This document shows positions 27,375 through 37,770 of a stretch of 64,000 nucleotides of DNA, one piece after another; position 1 is the stretch's first letter, and each line of letters starts with the position of its first letter. This DNA comes from a virus. Position numbers and translations under genes: made by a program. Under the pieces are notes generated by a model, which ran no database searches, was not told where the DNA came from, and saw nothing but the letters and a program-made list of their open reading frames with translations. The DNA lies in IMG/VR virus record IMGVR_UViG_3300048580_000375, positions 3,304 to 67,303 of that record, one strand, 5' to 3'.

Positions 27375-28916
27375 TTATAAAACACTAGAAAGTGTGGTTA
27401 ATTTTAATAACGCATCTAATATTGATCTACAATTACCAAAATTTATATTTAAATTAACACCCTTTATTTTATCAAATAAATTAATTAATGATAATATTAT
27501 AGATAACCTAGCCTTTATTTTTTCACTTACAATTTGTAATATTAAACCTTGTATTATTAACCATATATTATCAGCAACTAATTTATATATTTTCTTATAT
27601 ATTTCACTAATAATACTTTTAAACATATCAAATAAAGATTTCGTATATTTTTGTAAAAAACTTTCAAATCCCTCACCCCATTCGATACCACCTACTTCAG
27701 TTAAAATAGCAAATAATAATATTACTTTTGGTGATAATAATAATCTAGAAATATTATTTGGTATTTGATTAATTATACCTGACTTGAAATCAATATTTAG
27801 TGTAGGTAAAGATCCAGGACTCTCATTTATTGGATTACCACCTGTAGATATATTATTACCTAACCCATTAGCATTATTTTGATATGAATTATTTAATACC
27901 CCATCAATATTGTTTAATATACTATTTAATTGATTAATTTCATCATTTATCTGATCATAAGCTTCCAATACTATTTCATTTGTTATTGGTGTTTCTATTG
28001 GTTGGCATAGTATTTGATTTATTTTGTTTGTAAAATCATCTGATAGTGTATCATATTCATTATATTTAGAAATTCTTTCAGATAAAATCTGACTTAAAGG
28101 TTTTCCTTTATTATTTAATAAATCAACCAATATAGCATCTTTTTCTGTTTTATCTTTTCCTATATCATTTAATGTAGGCGCACAAGCGTTTCTTACGTCG
28201 TTTACTAATTTATTTAAAAATTGTAATCTTTTTCGTAATTCTTTATTTGGTTTTTGTGATATACTAAATAAAGATTTAAAGAAATCATTATCAATAATAG
28301 TAAGTGAATTTACATATTCATTCACAAATACACTTACAGGTTGATTTATATATTTGGGATTTATTCTAAAACTTAAAACTTGTGTTGATTGATTAAAACT
28401 TATATTTGTTAATAAATCTTGCCATGATGTCGCACCTGCCGAACCGTTTAACGTATCATAAATAAATCTATTTAATCCACTACTTACTTCATAAGCACCA
28501 CTTACATCATCTAATGGGTTTGTCTTTAATAGAAAAAAATAATCTATACTTGATACCGATAACTCAATATTATTAGTTCCATCTGTATACTCAGGTTTTA
28601 TTACGAAATCATTATTACAAAAAAAAGATTTAAGAATTACTTTTTTTAAACCTTCTTTAAGGTTAGTATTTAACGTTTCTATATCACCTAATACTGAATT
28701 TAAAACTTCTTGAACAGCCTGTTTCTTACCTTTCATAGTTCCAAGTAAGTCCATTAGAAAATCAAATGGATCATCTTTAGGAATTCTTAAAGAAGGTAAT
28801 GAATAGTTAGTTACCTGCAATAACAGTTTTTCTTTTTTTAATTGCTCAATGGTAATTAAAAAATTTTGAACTCTATCAATAATAAGTTTTTTATCTGCTT
28901 GTCCGGTATTAGCCAT
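27375..28916 (-). CDS. Hypothetical protein, probably structural
   Basis: 513 aa ORF, coupled to the upstream gene. Confidence 0.7.
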   Translation of the reverse strand: MANTGQADKKLIIDRVQNFLITIEQLKKEKLLLQVTNYSLPSLRIPKDDPFDFLMDLLGTMKGKKQAVQEVLNSVLGDIETLNTNLKEGLKKVILKSFFCNNDFVIKPEYTDGTNNIELSVSSIDYFFLLKTNPLDDVSGAYEVSSGLNRFIYDTLNGSAGATSWQDLLTNISFNQSTQVLSFRINPKYINQPVSVFVNEYVNSLTIIDNDFFKSLFSISQKPNKELRKRLQFLNKLVNDVRNACAPTLNDIGKDKTEKDAILVDLLNNKGKPLSQILSERISKYNEYDTLSDDFTNKINQILCQPIETPITNEIVLEAYDQINDEINQLNSILNNIDGVLNNSYQNNANGLGNNISTGGNPINESPGSLPTLNIDFKSGIINQIPNNISRLLLSPKVILLFAILTEVGGIEWGEGFESFLQKYTKSLFDMFKSIISEIYKKIYKLVADNIWLIIQGLILQIVSEKIKARLSIILSLINLFDKIKGVNLNINFGNCRSILDALLKLTTLSSVL

Positions 28917-29281
28917 TATTCACCACTAATATTAATTTTACCTTCTTTTATTTCTTTAACCAATTTACGCATTTCAGCCTTTTGCTCTTTTGATATTTGT
29001 TTTGTTGAAGAATCATCATTTTTAATGTTACCCTTCTTATTCATTATATCAGCCATTAATTTTGCTAACTCAAGCTTTTTACCTATTGAAGAATCTATAA
29101 CCTTTAATAATTCATTATTAATTTTACCTACCATAGCTACATCACTATTTTCTTCAACGTTCTTTAAATACTTATTTAATAAACCTAAAGCTTTGTTTCT
29201 CTGATCTACTACTTCACAATATGTTTCTTGGAGTAATGAAGTTAAACTTTCATCATTAAACTCTAATTTTTGTTTTGCCAT
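28916..29281 (-). CDS. Coiled-coil hypothetical protein
   Basis: 121 aa ORF with TATTTAT motif upstream. Confidence 0.7.
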   Translation of the reverse strand: MAKQKLEFNDESLTSLLQETYCEVVDQRNKALGLLNKYLKNVEENSDVAMVGKINNELLKVIDSSIGKKLELAKLMADIMNKKGNIKNDDSSTKQISKEQKAEMRKLVKEIKEGKINISGE

Positions 29282-29332
29282 ATATATAAATATATATAAA
29301 AAATATTACTGGCCTTCTATAGGTACTATTAT

Positions 29333-29432
29333 AATATAGAGAGTTAAATATATTAATACTAGTATATGTTAATAATGATCAATATAGAGAGTTAAATATA
29401 TTAATACTAGAGATATTGTACTGATCAATATA
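29333..29432. repeat. 30-bp direct repeat in the divergent intergenic region
   Basis: aatatagagagttaaatatattaatactag at 29333 and 29381; tgatcaatata at 29376 and 29422. Confidence 0.85.
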
Positions 29433-29496
29433 AAAAAATTTATTTTAAAATAAATAGTTATTGATTTTTTTAATCAAAATAATTATAATTACATAG

Positions 29497-31317
29497 ATGA
29501 TAGAATTAAATGATATTAGTAAAATTAAGGCTCTTGATATATTAAAAAATTATGTAGGTGATAACCCTTATATTTTAGAATTAAAAAAAAAGAGAGAAGA
29601 TAAATCATTCTTACCTATAACTGAAAACCAATCAAAATATATTATAAGTAATCATACTTTTCAAGTAAAAGAAGTAAATAAATTTTTAGATCTAACTAAT
29701 TTTTTTAGGAATTCATTAATGAGAGAATTTAATATTTCAACTCAGATTGAAAAGATATTAATTGAAAAGATATTTGGCGAACAAGAAAAAGTATATCATG
29801 CACAAGTTAAGATCCTTAAAAATAGACCATCTGAAATAATTTGGATACCTAAATCTCAATTAAATGAGGATTTATTTAAAGTAATTCCGGAAGTAAATGT
29901 TAATTGGGATAAATATTCTTCAAGACTTCCTATGAAACATCAGGAAGAAGCTATTATTAAATTACTTCAAAATGATAAGTTTTTATTATTAGATACACCA
30001 GGTTTAGGTAAAACTACATCATCTATTATTGCAGCATTAGAATCAGGATCTCAAAAAATATTAATTATATGTCCTGCATCTCTTAAACTTAATTGGAAAA
30101 AAGAAATATCTATTTATGATAACCCTAATAATGTATCAATCATTCAACGTGAATGGACACCTAATAAATGGACAATTATAAATTATGATATCTTAGATAA
30201 ATTTAATACTATTGAAAAACCTAAAAAAGGGAAAAAACCTAAATTTAAACATCAGGAATATGATAAAGAAGTTGTCAATAATCATATAATTAATGAAAAA
30301 TTTGATTTGATTATTATTGACGAGTCACACTATTTGAAATCAAATAGCAGTAATCGTACAAAACATGTTAAAAAAATCATTAAATCTATTAAAAAAAGAT
30401 GGTTTCTAACTGGTACGCCAATAACAAATAAACCTATAGATATATTTTCATTACTTTCAATGGTGGAACACCCACTTTCAACTAATTATAATTCATTTTT
30501 ATATACGTATTGTAATGCTAAAACAATGATGATAAAAGGTAGAAGAATAATTAAAGCTGATGGTGCTTCGAACTTAGAAGAATTAAATAGAAGGATTAAA
30601 CCTGTTTCGATTAGAAGAAGAAAAGAAGATGTGTTAGATTTACCGGATAAAATTATTTCACCAGTTTATTTACAAATGGAAAGTGATGAACTTATTGAAT
30701 ATGAATTGTCAGTTGAAAGATATATTCAAATGAGAGAAGAACAGGGTAAAAATCTATCTAATAATAAATTAGTTGAATTGGCTGTATTAAGAAGATGGGT
30801 TGCAGAAAATAAATTAAAATATACTAAAGAACTAATAAATAATTCATTAGAGAGTGATAAAAAAGTAATTGTCTTTACAGACTATACTTCAGTTGTTAAT
30901 ACATTGAAAGAAGAATATAAAGATATTTGTACAGTTATTAATGGTGAAACATCACAAAAAGATAGACAAAGGGCGGTTGAAGATTTTCAAAATAATCCTG
31001 ATGTTAAATTATTTATTGGTAATACCGTTGCCGCTGGTGTTGGTTTAACATTAACAGCTGCAGAAGTTGTTATTGTTAACGATTTAAATTTTACACCCGC
31101 AAATGTAGATCAATCATTAGATAGGGCTTATAGGATTGGTCAAACTAAAGATGTAATATGTTATTTCCCATTATTTGATGATACTATTGATACTATCGTA
31201 TATGATGTATTAAATAAAAAAAGGGATATTATTAATATGGCTATTGATGGTGTTATAGATAATAAAGGAGTTATTGAAGAAGTAATAAATAGAATAGATG
31301 AGAAGTATAAAAAATAA
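29497..31317 (+). CDS. SNF2-family (HARP/SMARCAL1-like) helicase
   Basis: DTPGLGKT, DESH, LTGTP, GVGLTLT and DRAYRIGQ motifs. Confidence 0.92.
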   Translation: MIELNDISKIKALDILKNYVGDNPYILELKKKREDKSFLPITENQSKYIISNHTFQVKEVNKFLDLTNFFRNSLMREFNISTQIEKILIEKIFGEQEKVYHAQVKILKNRPSEIIWIPKSQLNEDLFKVIPEVNVNWDKYSSRLPMKHQEEAIIKLLQNDKFLLLDTPGLGKTTSSIIAALESGSQKILIICPASLKLNWKKEISIYDNPNNVSIIQREWTPNKWTIINYDILDKFNTIEKPKKGKKPKFKHQEYDKEVVNNHIINEKFDLIIIDESHYLKSNSSNRTKHVKKIIKSIKKRWFLTGTPITNKPIDIFSLLSMVEHPLSTNYNSFLYTYCNAKTMMIKGRRIIKADGASNLEELNRRIKPVSIRRRKEDVLDLPDKIISPVYLQMESDELIEYELSVERYIQMREEQGKNLSNNKLVELAVLRRWVAENKLKYTKELINNSLESDKKVIVFTDYTSVVNTLKEEYKDICTVINGETSQKDRQRAVEDFQNNPDVKLFIGNTVAAGVGLTLTAAEVVIVNDLNFTPANVDQSLDRAYRIGQTKDVICYFPLFDDTIDTIVYDVLNKKRDIINMAIDGVIDNKGVIEEVINRIDEKYKK

Positions 31318-31465
31318 AATTAGAAATAATTCCCATATAAATTTCGCTAGAAATTGTATGATTGAATTACTTTCAAAGAAAGATGAGCCTACCGGATTTA
31401 GAGAAATAAGTTCATTAGACTTACATAAAATTGAAGAAATATTAAATAGATATAAACCTAGATAA
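31298..31465 (+). CDS. 55-aa hypothetical protein (MRSIKNKIRNN...) missed by the ORF track
   Basis: Open frame overlapping the helicase stop; shares the MRS[ILV]K N-terminus. Confidence 0.6.
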   Translation: MRSIKNKIRNNSHINFARNCMIELLSKKDEPTGFREISSLDLHKIEEILNRYKPR

Positions 31466-31609
31466 TAATTTAATGTTTGTATTTAGTTTTTGATTAAAAA
31501 AAACTAATATTAAATACAATATAGATGGTTTCATTTTTAAAAATGAACTATTTATATATAATAAATTCGAACTCGTTAGAGTTGTAATAAACTTTTAAAA
31601 ATATATATT

Positions 31610-32395
31610 ATGAGCGCAAAAGCACAACCAAAAAACAGCGTATTAGACGCAATCCTTAAGCAGTACGAAAGCAATAAGGTAAAACCAAGAAAAGAAGTAG
31701 ATTTAACTAAGTACTTCACTACAATGTTACCAAAAGGTAAACTTACAGACAAAAAGAAATTTAGAATCATCCCAACAGAACCAGGTCAATCACCATTTGT
31801 AGAAGTGTGGTTTCACAACGTTCAAATTAATGGTGAATGGAAAAAGTTGTATTGTCCTGAAAAAAATGCTGGCGACCCTTGTCCATTTTGTGAGGTTGCA
31901 TCTGAATTAGATAAATCCGATTCAAAAGAAGAAAAAGATTTGGCTAAATCATATAAACCTAAAAAATTCTATATTGTAAAAGGTATTGAAAGAGGTAAAG
32001 AAAATGAAGGTGTTAAGTTTTGGAGATTCTCACACAATTATAAAGGTACTGGTGTATTTGATAAAATGATTGCCGTTTTTTCTGAAAAAGGTGATATTTC
32101 AGACGCTAAAGAAGGTAGAGATTTAATCATCAATATCGGTAAAGATGATAGAGGTAATTCAGTTGTAAGTTCAATCATTCATGATGATAAAGAACCGTTA
32201 GGTACAGAAGAACAAATTACTGAATGGATTTCCGATACTATGACTTGGGAAGATGTTTTTAGTAAGAGAGATTATGACTACTTATCAAAAGTAGTTAGAG
32301 GTGAAAATCCTTATGAAAAGAAAGATACTTCACCAACTTCAGCTACAAACCAAAAAGAAGATGAAGCCACAATGGATGAAGAACAACCATTTTAA
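31610..32395 (+). CDS. T4 gp32-like single-stranded DNA-binding protein
   Basis: H..CP....CPFC zinc site; EGVKFWRF; acidic C-terminal tail ending in PF. Confidence 0.88.
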   Translation: MSAKAQPKNSVLDAILKQYESNKVKPRKEVDLTKYFTTMLPKGKLTDKKKFRIIPTEPGQSPFVEVWFHNVQINGEWKKLYCPEKNAGDPCPFCEVASELDKSDSKEEKDLAKSYKPKKFYIVKGIERGKENEGVKFWRFSHNYKGTGVFDKMIAVFSEKGDISDAKEGRDLIINIGKDDRGNSVVSSIIHDDKEPLGTEEQITEWISDTMTWEDVFSKRDYDYLSKVVRGENPYEKKDTSPTSATNQKEDEATMDEEQPF

Positions 32396-32399
32396 TTTT

Positions 32400-32442
32400 A
32401 ATGAGCTTGGGTATAAAAAAATACCCAAGCTCATTTTTTTTT
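32400..32442 (+). terminator. Intrinsic terminator after SSB
   Basis: AATGAGCTTGGGTAT-AAAAAA-ATACCCAAGCTCATT-TTTTTT. Confidence 0.9.
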
Positions 32443-32482
32443 AAACTATTTAGAAAATAACAAAAAATAATTATTATTAAGT

Positions 32483-32806
32483 ATGTCAAAAATTAAAGTA
32501 TATATGTGTGAATCATATACTACAATAGTAGCGAAAGAATCAATTGAAATTGATTCGGAAATGTACGAAGAAACTAAAGGTATGTCAATTGAAGAATTGG
32601 AAGAATATATCGAAGAAAATTTTAATAAAATGATTCCAACACCTAATAATAACAGTGAATGGATTTCTTCATTAGAAGAAGAATTAAATGAAATGGAAAT
32701 GGTTAATGATAAAATCAAAAACCAAGAATCGTGGTTAGAATTTATACATCCTAATGATTGTGAAGAATGTGACGATGATTTTAATATTAGTGAAGAAGAT
32801 GAATAA
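32483..32806 (+). CDS. Highly acidic hypothetical protein
   Basis: 107 aa, E/D-rich. Confidence 0.75.
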   Translation: MSKIKVYMCESYTTIVAKESIEIDSEMYEETKGMSIEELEEYIEENFNKMIPTPNNNSEWISSLEEELNEMEMVNDKIKNQESWLEFIHPNDCEECDDDFNISEEDE

Positions 32807-32829
32807 ATTAATAAAAAATAAAAATATAA

Positions 32830-33939
32830 ATGGCTGGTAAAATAACAAAAAAAGATGAATCAAAGGGTATTGTTAAACCTAAAATAGTTGATAAAAAATC
32901 AATTAATTTAGATAAATTAAAAGATTTTAAAAATAAAAATGGGTTTAATGAAGATGTAAAAGATAAAGAATTAGATTGGATTCCTATTTCTAAAGCATTT
33001 ACAGAAGCCACTGGATTGGCTGGTATTCCAAAAGGTTATATAACTCTATCAAGAGGATTTTCTAATACAGGTAAATCCACATCTTTAATGGAGGCAATTG
33101 TGTCATCTCAAAAATTAGGTATTCTACCTGTTATTATCGATACTGAGAATAATTTTAGTTGGGAACATGCTAAAGATATGGGTTTACAGTTTGATGAGAT
33201 TATTGACGAAGAAACAGGACAAATTGTAAATTATGATGGTTTTTTTATTTTTATTAATAATGAATATCTAATTGATAATTACGGTAAAAAAAGGGATAAA
33301 AATAGACAGGAAGCGGTTATTGAAGATGTTGCAGATTTTTGTCATGATTTAATAGATAAACAAAGTGCTGGTGAATTACCATATGAAATATTATTTGCTT
33401 GGGATTCAATAGGAACTTTAGATTGCGAACAATGTGTTACATCTAAAAATAGAAATAATATGTGGAACGCAGGAGCGTTAGAAGCTGCATTTAAATCATT
33501 AGTTAATCATAGAATTCCTGCTTCAAGAAAAGAAGGTAAACCATTTACAAATACTATGATTGCGGTTCAAAAGATTTGGATTGATAGTATGGGTGCTGGT
33601 GTTGTAAAACATAAAGGTGGTGAGGCTTTTTTCTATGGAGCTAGATTAATTTTACATTTTGGTGGAATTCAAGCTCACGGAACTGAAAGATTAAAGGCAA
33701 CTAGTTCAGGTAGAGAGTATTCTTTTGCTATTGGTACTAAAATTGAAGTCGTAAAAAATCAAATTAACGGTATTCAATTATTAGGTAAAATAATATCAAC
33801 ACCTCACGGATTTATTAGTTACGCCGACTTAGATGATTATAAACGTAAGAATAAAGATTACTTATTAAGTAAATTAGGTAGTGATGATGGTGAAATTGAA
33901 ATCACATCTGAAGTTGTAAATAGTATTGATTCTGAATAA
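32830..33939 (+). CDS. RecA/UvsX-like recombinase
   Basis: GFSNTGKST Walker A; IDTEN; WDSIG; GGEAFFY; KNQING. Confidence 0.9.
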   Translation: MAGKITKKDESKGIVKPKIVDKKSINLDKLKDFKNKNGFNEDVKDKELDWIPISKAFTEATGLAGIPKGYITLSRGFSNTGKSTSLMEAIVSSQKLGILPVIIDTENNFSWEHAKDMGLQFDEIIDEETGQIVNYDGFFIFINNEYLIDNYGKKRDKNRQEAVIEDVADFCHDLIDKQSAGELPYEILFAWDSIGTLDCEQCVTSKNRNNMWNAGALEAAFKSLVNHRIPASRKEGKPFTNTMIAVQKIWIDSMGAGVVKHKGGEAFFYGARLILHFGGIQAHGTERLKATSSGREYSFAIGTKIEVVKNQINGIQLLGKIISTPHGFISYADLDDYKRKNKDYLLSKLGSDDGEIEITSEVVNSIDSE

Positions 33940-33966
33940 AAAAACCCTGCTAAACAGGGTTTTTTT
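33938..33966. terminator. Bidirectional terminator between convergent genes
   Basis: AAAAAAACCCTG-CTAAA-CAGGGTTTTTT. Confidence 0.85.
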
Positions 33967-34264
33967 ATTCATTTAAAATTTGTTGTTCATTTGGAGTATT
34001 TTCAGGGGTAGATTCAATTTTTTTATCTTTACTAATTTGTGTTGTTGTCCATCCACCATATCCTAACCATGATCCAATAATAATCATAAAATCAGTTGCA
34101 CCTAATGTGCAAGCAATAATAGATTTAGTAATAAAAATTATTGTTAAAATTAACATTACTGAAAATATAAAGAATCTTTCAATTCGTTTAGATGATAAAA
34201 ATGATTTTTTATTTGAGAAGGTATTTAATAATTCACTAAATATCCATTTAATTTTTTCTTTCAT
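33965..34264 (-). CDS. Small membrane protein, holin-like
   Basis: SSKRIERF followed by two predicted transmembrane helices. Confidence 0.55.
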   Translation of the reverse strand: MKEKIKWIFSELLNTFSNKKSFLSSKRIERFFIFSVMLILTIIFITKSIIACTLGATDFMIIIGSWLGYGGWTTTQISKDKKIESTPENTPNEQQILNE

Positions 34265-34330
34265 GTTTACACTTTTTATTTAAATTTATATTATTGTTTT
34301 ACAATAAATACAAGAAAATGAAAATTATTA

Positions 34331-34663
34331 ATGAAATCCATAAAGGATATTAAAAAAGAAATTGGTTATATTGAATTTAAATCTTTGATTAATTCAGACT
34401 CAATATTAATTCCAATTTATTATCTACGAAATACTAAGAATGGTATTAGAGTTGAGACAAAACATCATCAAATAATTGATGAGTTATTAAAATACTCAAA
34501 TTTTCGTGATGAAAAAACATATTATTTTAAAGGTGATCCTATTAACTATAGTATAGTTCAATTTAAAAAAACAAAACAAAAATTTGAATTCGGTGAATTA
34601 AAATATGGGTTTTTAACCGATTTAGTTATTAATAAAAATACATATCAATTTACTTTAATTTAG
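34331..34663 (+). CDS. Hypothetical protein
   Basis: ORF track; MKSIKDIKK N-terminus. Confidence 0.65.
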   Translation: MKSIKDIKKEIGYIEFKSLINSDSILIPIYYLRNTKNGIRVETKHHQIIDELLKYSNFRDEKTYYFKGDPINYSIVQFKKTKQKFEFGELKYGFLTDLVINKNTYQFTLI

Positions 34664-34683
34664 TTATTAATAATATAAATGTT

Positions 34684-35211
34684 ATGAAAATAGGTATTGA
34701 CGTAAATATATTAAGAAACTACATTCCCAGACTAATTGATATGTATTATAAAGAACATGAAAAAAGTCCATTAAATGACGATATAAATCCATATTCGTTA
34801 GAAGATAGTTTTGATGATGATATATTTGATTTTATTGGTGAAAACATATTAGAGATATTTGGATTCGCCAAAGAAAGTGAAAGAGGTGTTATTGGTTTTT
34901 GTGGTCAATTACAAAAAAATTATAATAATCATCAATTTTATATTATATGTAATGGTTTTGAAATTATGATTCCCAGCACACTACATTTTTTATGTAAAAT
35001 GAATTGTGATATTCAAGGGTATATTTTTAGGAAAAACTCTATTGACTTATGGGATGAAGTTGATATGATTATAACGGATAGTCCTTTTATATTGGAAAAT
35101 AAACCTGAAAATAAAAAATCAATTAAGATTAATAAATTTTACAATTTAAAAAGTATAAGTGACTATACAATAAATTCTCTATTAGAAATAGAAGATGAAA
35201 GAATACTTTAA
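34684..35211 (+). CDS. HAD-fold 5'(3')-deoxyribonucleotidase-like protein (degenerate motif I)
   Basis: MKIGIDVN; DMIITDSP; YN near the C-terminus. Confidence 0.6.
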   Translation: MKIGIDVNILRNYIPRLIDMYYKEHEKSPLNDDINPYSLEDSFDDDIFDFIGENILEIFGFAKESERGVIGFCGQLQKNYNNHQFYIICNGFEIMIPSTLHFLCKMNCDIQGYIFRKNSIDLWDEVDMIITDSPFILENKPENKKSIKINKFYNLKSISDYTINSLLEIEDERIL

Positions 35212-35482
35212 AATATTAAACAAAGAATACTTTTTAGATTTAGAAGAAGTAATTAAATGTGTCGAGCAAGGTGAAGGTGAAATAAATATTGGTAAATTCG
35301 ATGTTTTAAGAATGTGGATAGATCAATTTATTAGTTTAACCGATGTTGAAAAAAATGAAGCAACAGGACAAAGTGAAGAATTAAGTGATAGTGGTAAAAT
35401 TTTATGGAATACACTATTACGTCATAACATATTAAAAGAAATAGAAGAAAATAAAGCATATTTTAAACCAAAAACAAAATGA
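35195..35482 (+). CDS. Hypothetical protein
   Basis: ORF track. Confidence 0.7.
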   Translation: MKEYFKILNKEYFLDLEEVIKCVEQGEGEINIGKFDVLRMWIDQFISLTDVEKNEATGQSEELSDSGKILWNTLLRHNILKEIEENKAYFKPKTK

Positions 35483-36552
35483 TTGAAAAATTAAAAGAAA
35501 GTCTAGATAAAATAGAAAATAAAGACTTCCAAATTATGTTCCTTACACCTGATTTAAAAGGAACACCAAGAGCATCAGTAGCTGAAATCTATTATCATGT
35601 TAAAGAATTAATTAAATTAGGTTACAACGCATCAATTCTACATGAAAATAATGAATATACGAAAGTAGGATCTTGGTTAGGTGAAGAATATGATAATTTA
35701 CCACATTCATCAATACAAGAAATTGGTGGGACATTTAAAGTCGGTCCTCAGGATTTTTTAATTATCCCTGAATTGTTCGGTAATGTCATTCAACAAACAC
35801 AAAAACTACCTTGTAAGAGAGTTATTTTAGCACAATCTTACGACTATATTTTAGATATGTTACCTCCAGGAACTAATTGGACTTCATTAGGTGTTAATAC
35901 ATTTATTACCACTTCTGAAACGATTAAACAAGAAATTAATAAGTTGTTTCCAACAACCAATGGATATGTTATAAATCCCCAAATACCTTCTTATTTCAAT
36001 AATAAGAATAGTCTTAAAAAACCTATCATTGCTATTATGTGTAGGGACGATAGAACTACATCAAAAATAGTTAAAACATTTTATTTAAAATACCCTTTAT
36101 ATTCCTTTATCACATTTAGGGATATTAAACAAATTCCAAGAGAAGAATTATCAAACGTATTAAATGATTATTTCTTATCTGTATGGGTAGACGAATATTC
36201 TTCATTTGGAACATTCCCTGTTGAAAGTATTAGATGTGGAACCCCTGTAATTGGTAAAGTCCCAATGATTCAACCTGAATGGATTACTGAAAAAAATGGT
36301 ATTTGGTTATTTGATGAATTACAAATACCTGAAGCTATCGCTATCTTTAGTAAAAACTTTTTTGAAGATATTGAAGATTTAGAATTATTAAATGAAATTA
36401 AAGGTATGGAAAATAAATATACCGAAGAAGAACAATCAAAACAAATTAAAGATGTATACACTAAAATATTTAACGAAAGAAAAGAAGAGTTAAAAATAAA
36501 TATTAGTAGATTATCAGAACCAAATAATTTAGAACAACCAATAGTATTATAA
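35479..36552 (+). CDS. GT-B glycosyltransferase (GT4-like)
   Basis: SSFGTFPVESIRCGTPVIG motif. Confidence 0.8.
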   Translation: MIEKLKESLDKIENKDFQIMFLTPDLKGTPRASVAEIYYHVKELIKLGYNASILHENNEYTKVGSWLGEEYDNLPHSSIQEIGGTFKVGPQDFLIIPELFGNVIQQTQKLPCKRVILAQSYDYILDMLPPGTNWTSLGVNTFITTSETIKQEINKLFPTTNGYVINPQIPSYFNNKNSLKKPIIAIMCRDDRTTSKIVKTFYLKYPLYSFITFRDIKQIPREELSNVLNDYFLSVWVDEYSSFGTFPVESIRCGTPVIGKVPMIQPEWITEKNGIWLFDELQIPEAIAIFSKNFFEDIEDLELLNEIKGMENKYTEEEQSKQIKDVYTKIFNERKEELKINISRLSEPNNLEQPIVL

Positions 36553-36553
36553 T

Positions 36554-37381
36554 ATGGAAAAAAGTAATATAAGTGTAATTATACCAATTCATACGGTTAT
36601 TGAATTAGATCAATATTTACCAAAAGCATTAGAAAGTGTTGAAAAAAACACAGTCCAACCTGACGAAATTTTAATTGTTAGATGCGCTTGCCCTGAAGTA
36701 ACAGAGTTTTTATCAAAATATGATTTCGGTGATATGAAAAAGAAAATCAGAATCGTTGAAACTAAAAAAACAAAAGAGTTTGCTCATATGATAAATTCGG
36801 CAGTTGAAGAAGTTAAAACAGACTATTTCTCAATCTTAGAATTTGATGATGAATACTCATCTATTTGGTTCAAAAGCGCTGTTAAATACATTAAGGCTAA
36901 TTCAGATGTTGATGTATTCTTATCACACGTTATAGATGTGGATCAAAATAATAATTTCATCGGAACAACAAATGAGGTAACATGGTCATTAGGATTTGTT
37001 CAAGGGATGACACCTGAAGAAAGTTACGCTAATTTAGGTTTCTTAGATTTAGAAGCGTTAAAATCTTTCCCTAACTTTCAATTAAGCGGGGCTATTATTA
37101 AAAAATCAACATTTGAAGATATTGGTGGAATTAAAAATAACCTTAAATTATCGTTTATTTATGAGTTCTTATTAAGAATGACATATAATGGTTATAAAGT
37201 TATGACAATCCCTAAATCAGGTTATAAACATATGAATATGAGACCTTATTCTTTATTCTGGAGATATAGAAATGATGATAGATATAAATTATCACAAGAT
37301 GAAGGTAAGTTTTGGATGCAAACAGCAATGAAAGAATACTTCTTCAATTTCGATAGGGAAATTAAGTATGAGGGAAATTAA
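36554..37381 (+). CDS. GT2 glycosyltransferase
   Basis: ISVIIP and LEFDD motifs. Confidence 0.85.
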   Translation: MEKSNISVIIPIHTVIELDQYLPKALESVEKNTVQPDEILIVRCACPEVTEFLSKYDFGDMKKKIRIVETKKTKEFAHMINSAVEEVKTDYFSILEFDDEYSSIWFKSAVKYIKANSDVDVFLSHVIDVDQNNNFIGTTNEVTWSLGFVQGMTPEESYANLGFLDLEALKSFPNFQLSGAIIKKSTFEDIGGIKNNLKLSFIYEFLLRMTYNGYKVMTIPKSGYKHMNMRPYSLFWRYRNDDRYKLSQDEGKFWMQTAMKEYFFNFDREIKYEGN

Positions 37382-37742
37382 AAAATACTTAAAAAATAAA
37401 AAGGGTGTTAAATATAAACCTAATACTAATATAGGTATAGGGACAATTGGATTTAATAATGGAAACGATATAATTCGTTTTCCATTATTAAATTATTCTG
37501 TTATTACTACACCGACAATGTTGGTATATAATAGATATATCCATCAACTAGTTATAGACTCAAATGATAGAAGTTTAGATAACTTTCTTTTAAATAAAAG
37601 AAGTGGTGAAAAATATAGTATTTATATTCATGGCGTTATACTAGAGGGTTGTTTTGTGAAAGAATATAATTATCATGGTTATGATGATAATAATATAGCG
37701 ACTTTTCGTTTTAGTGTGGATACTTGTATTGTAAATTTATAA
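37368..37742 (+). CDS. Hypothetical protein; C-terminus resembles a tail tube protein end
   Basis: ILEGCFVKEYNY..YD.....FRFSVDTC pattern. Confidence 0.5.
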   Translation: MREIKKYLKNKKGVKYKPNTNIGIGTIGFNNGNDIIRFPLLNYSVITTPTMLVYNRYIHQLVIDSNDRSLDNFLLNKRSGEKYSIYIHGVILEGCFVKEYNYHGYDDNNIATFRFSVDTCIVNL

Positions 37743-37770
37743 TAAAATAAGATAAATAAAAAAGAAAATT

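Noticed and set aside
29333-29432. Possible mini CRISPR array
   Set aside because: Only two 30-bp copies with an 18-nt gap, no typical repeat ends, and no cas genes in the window.
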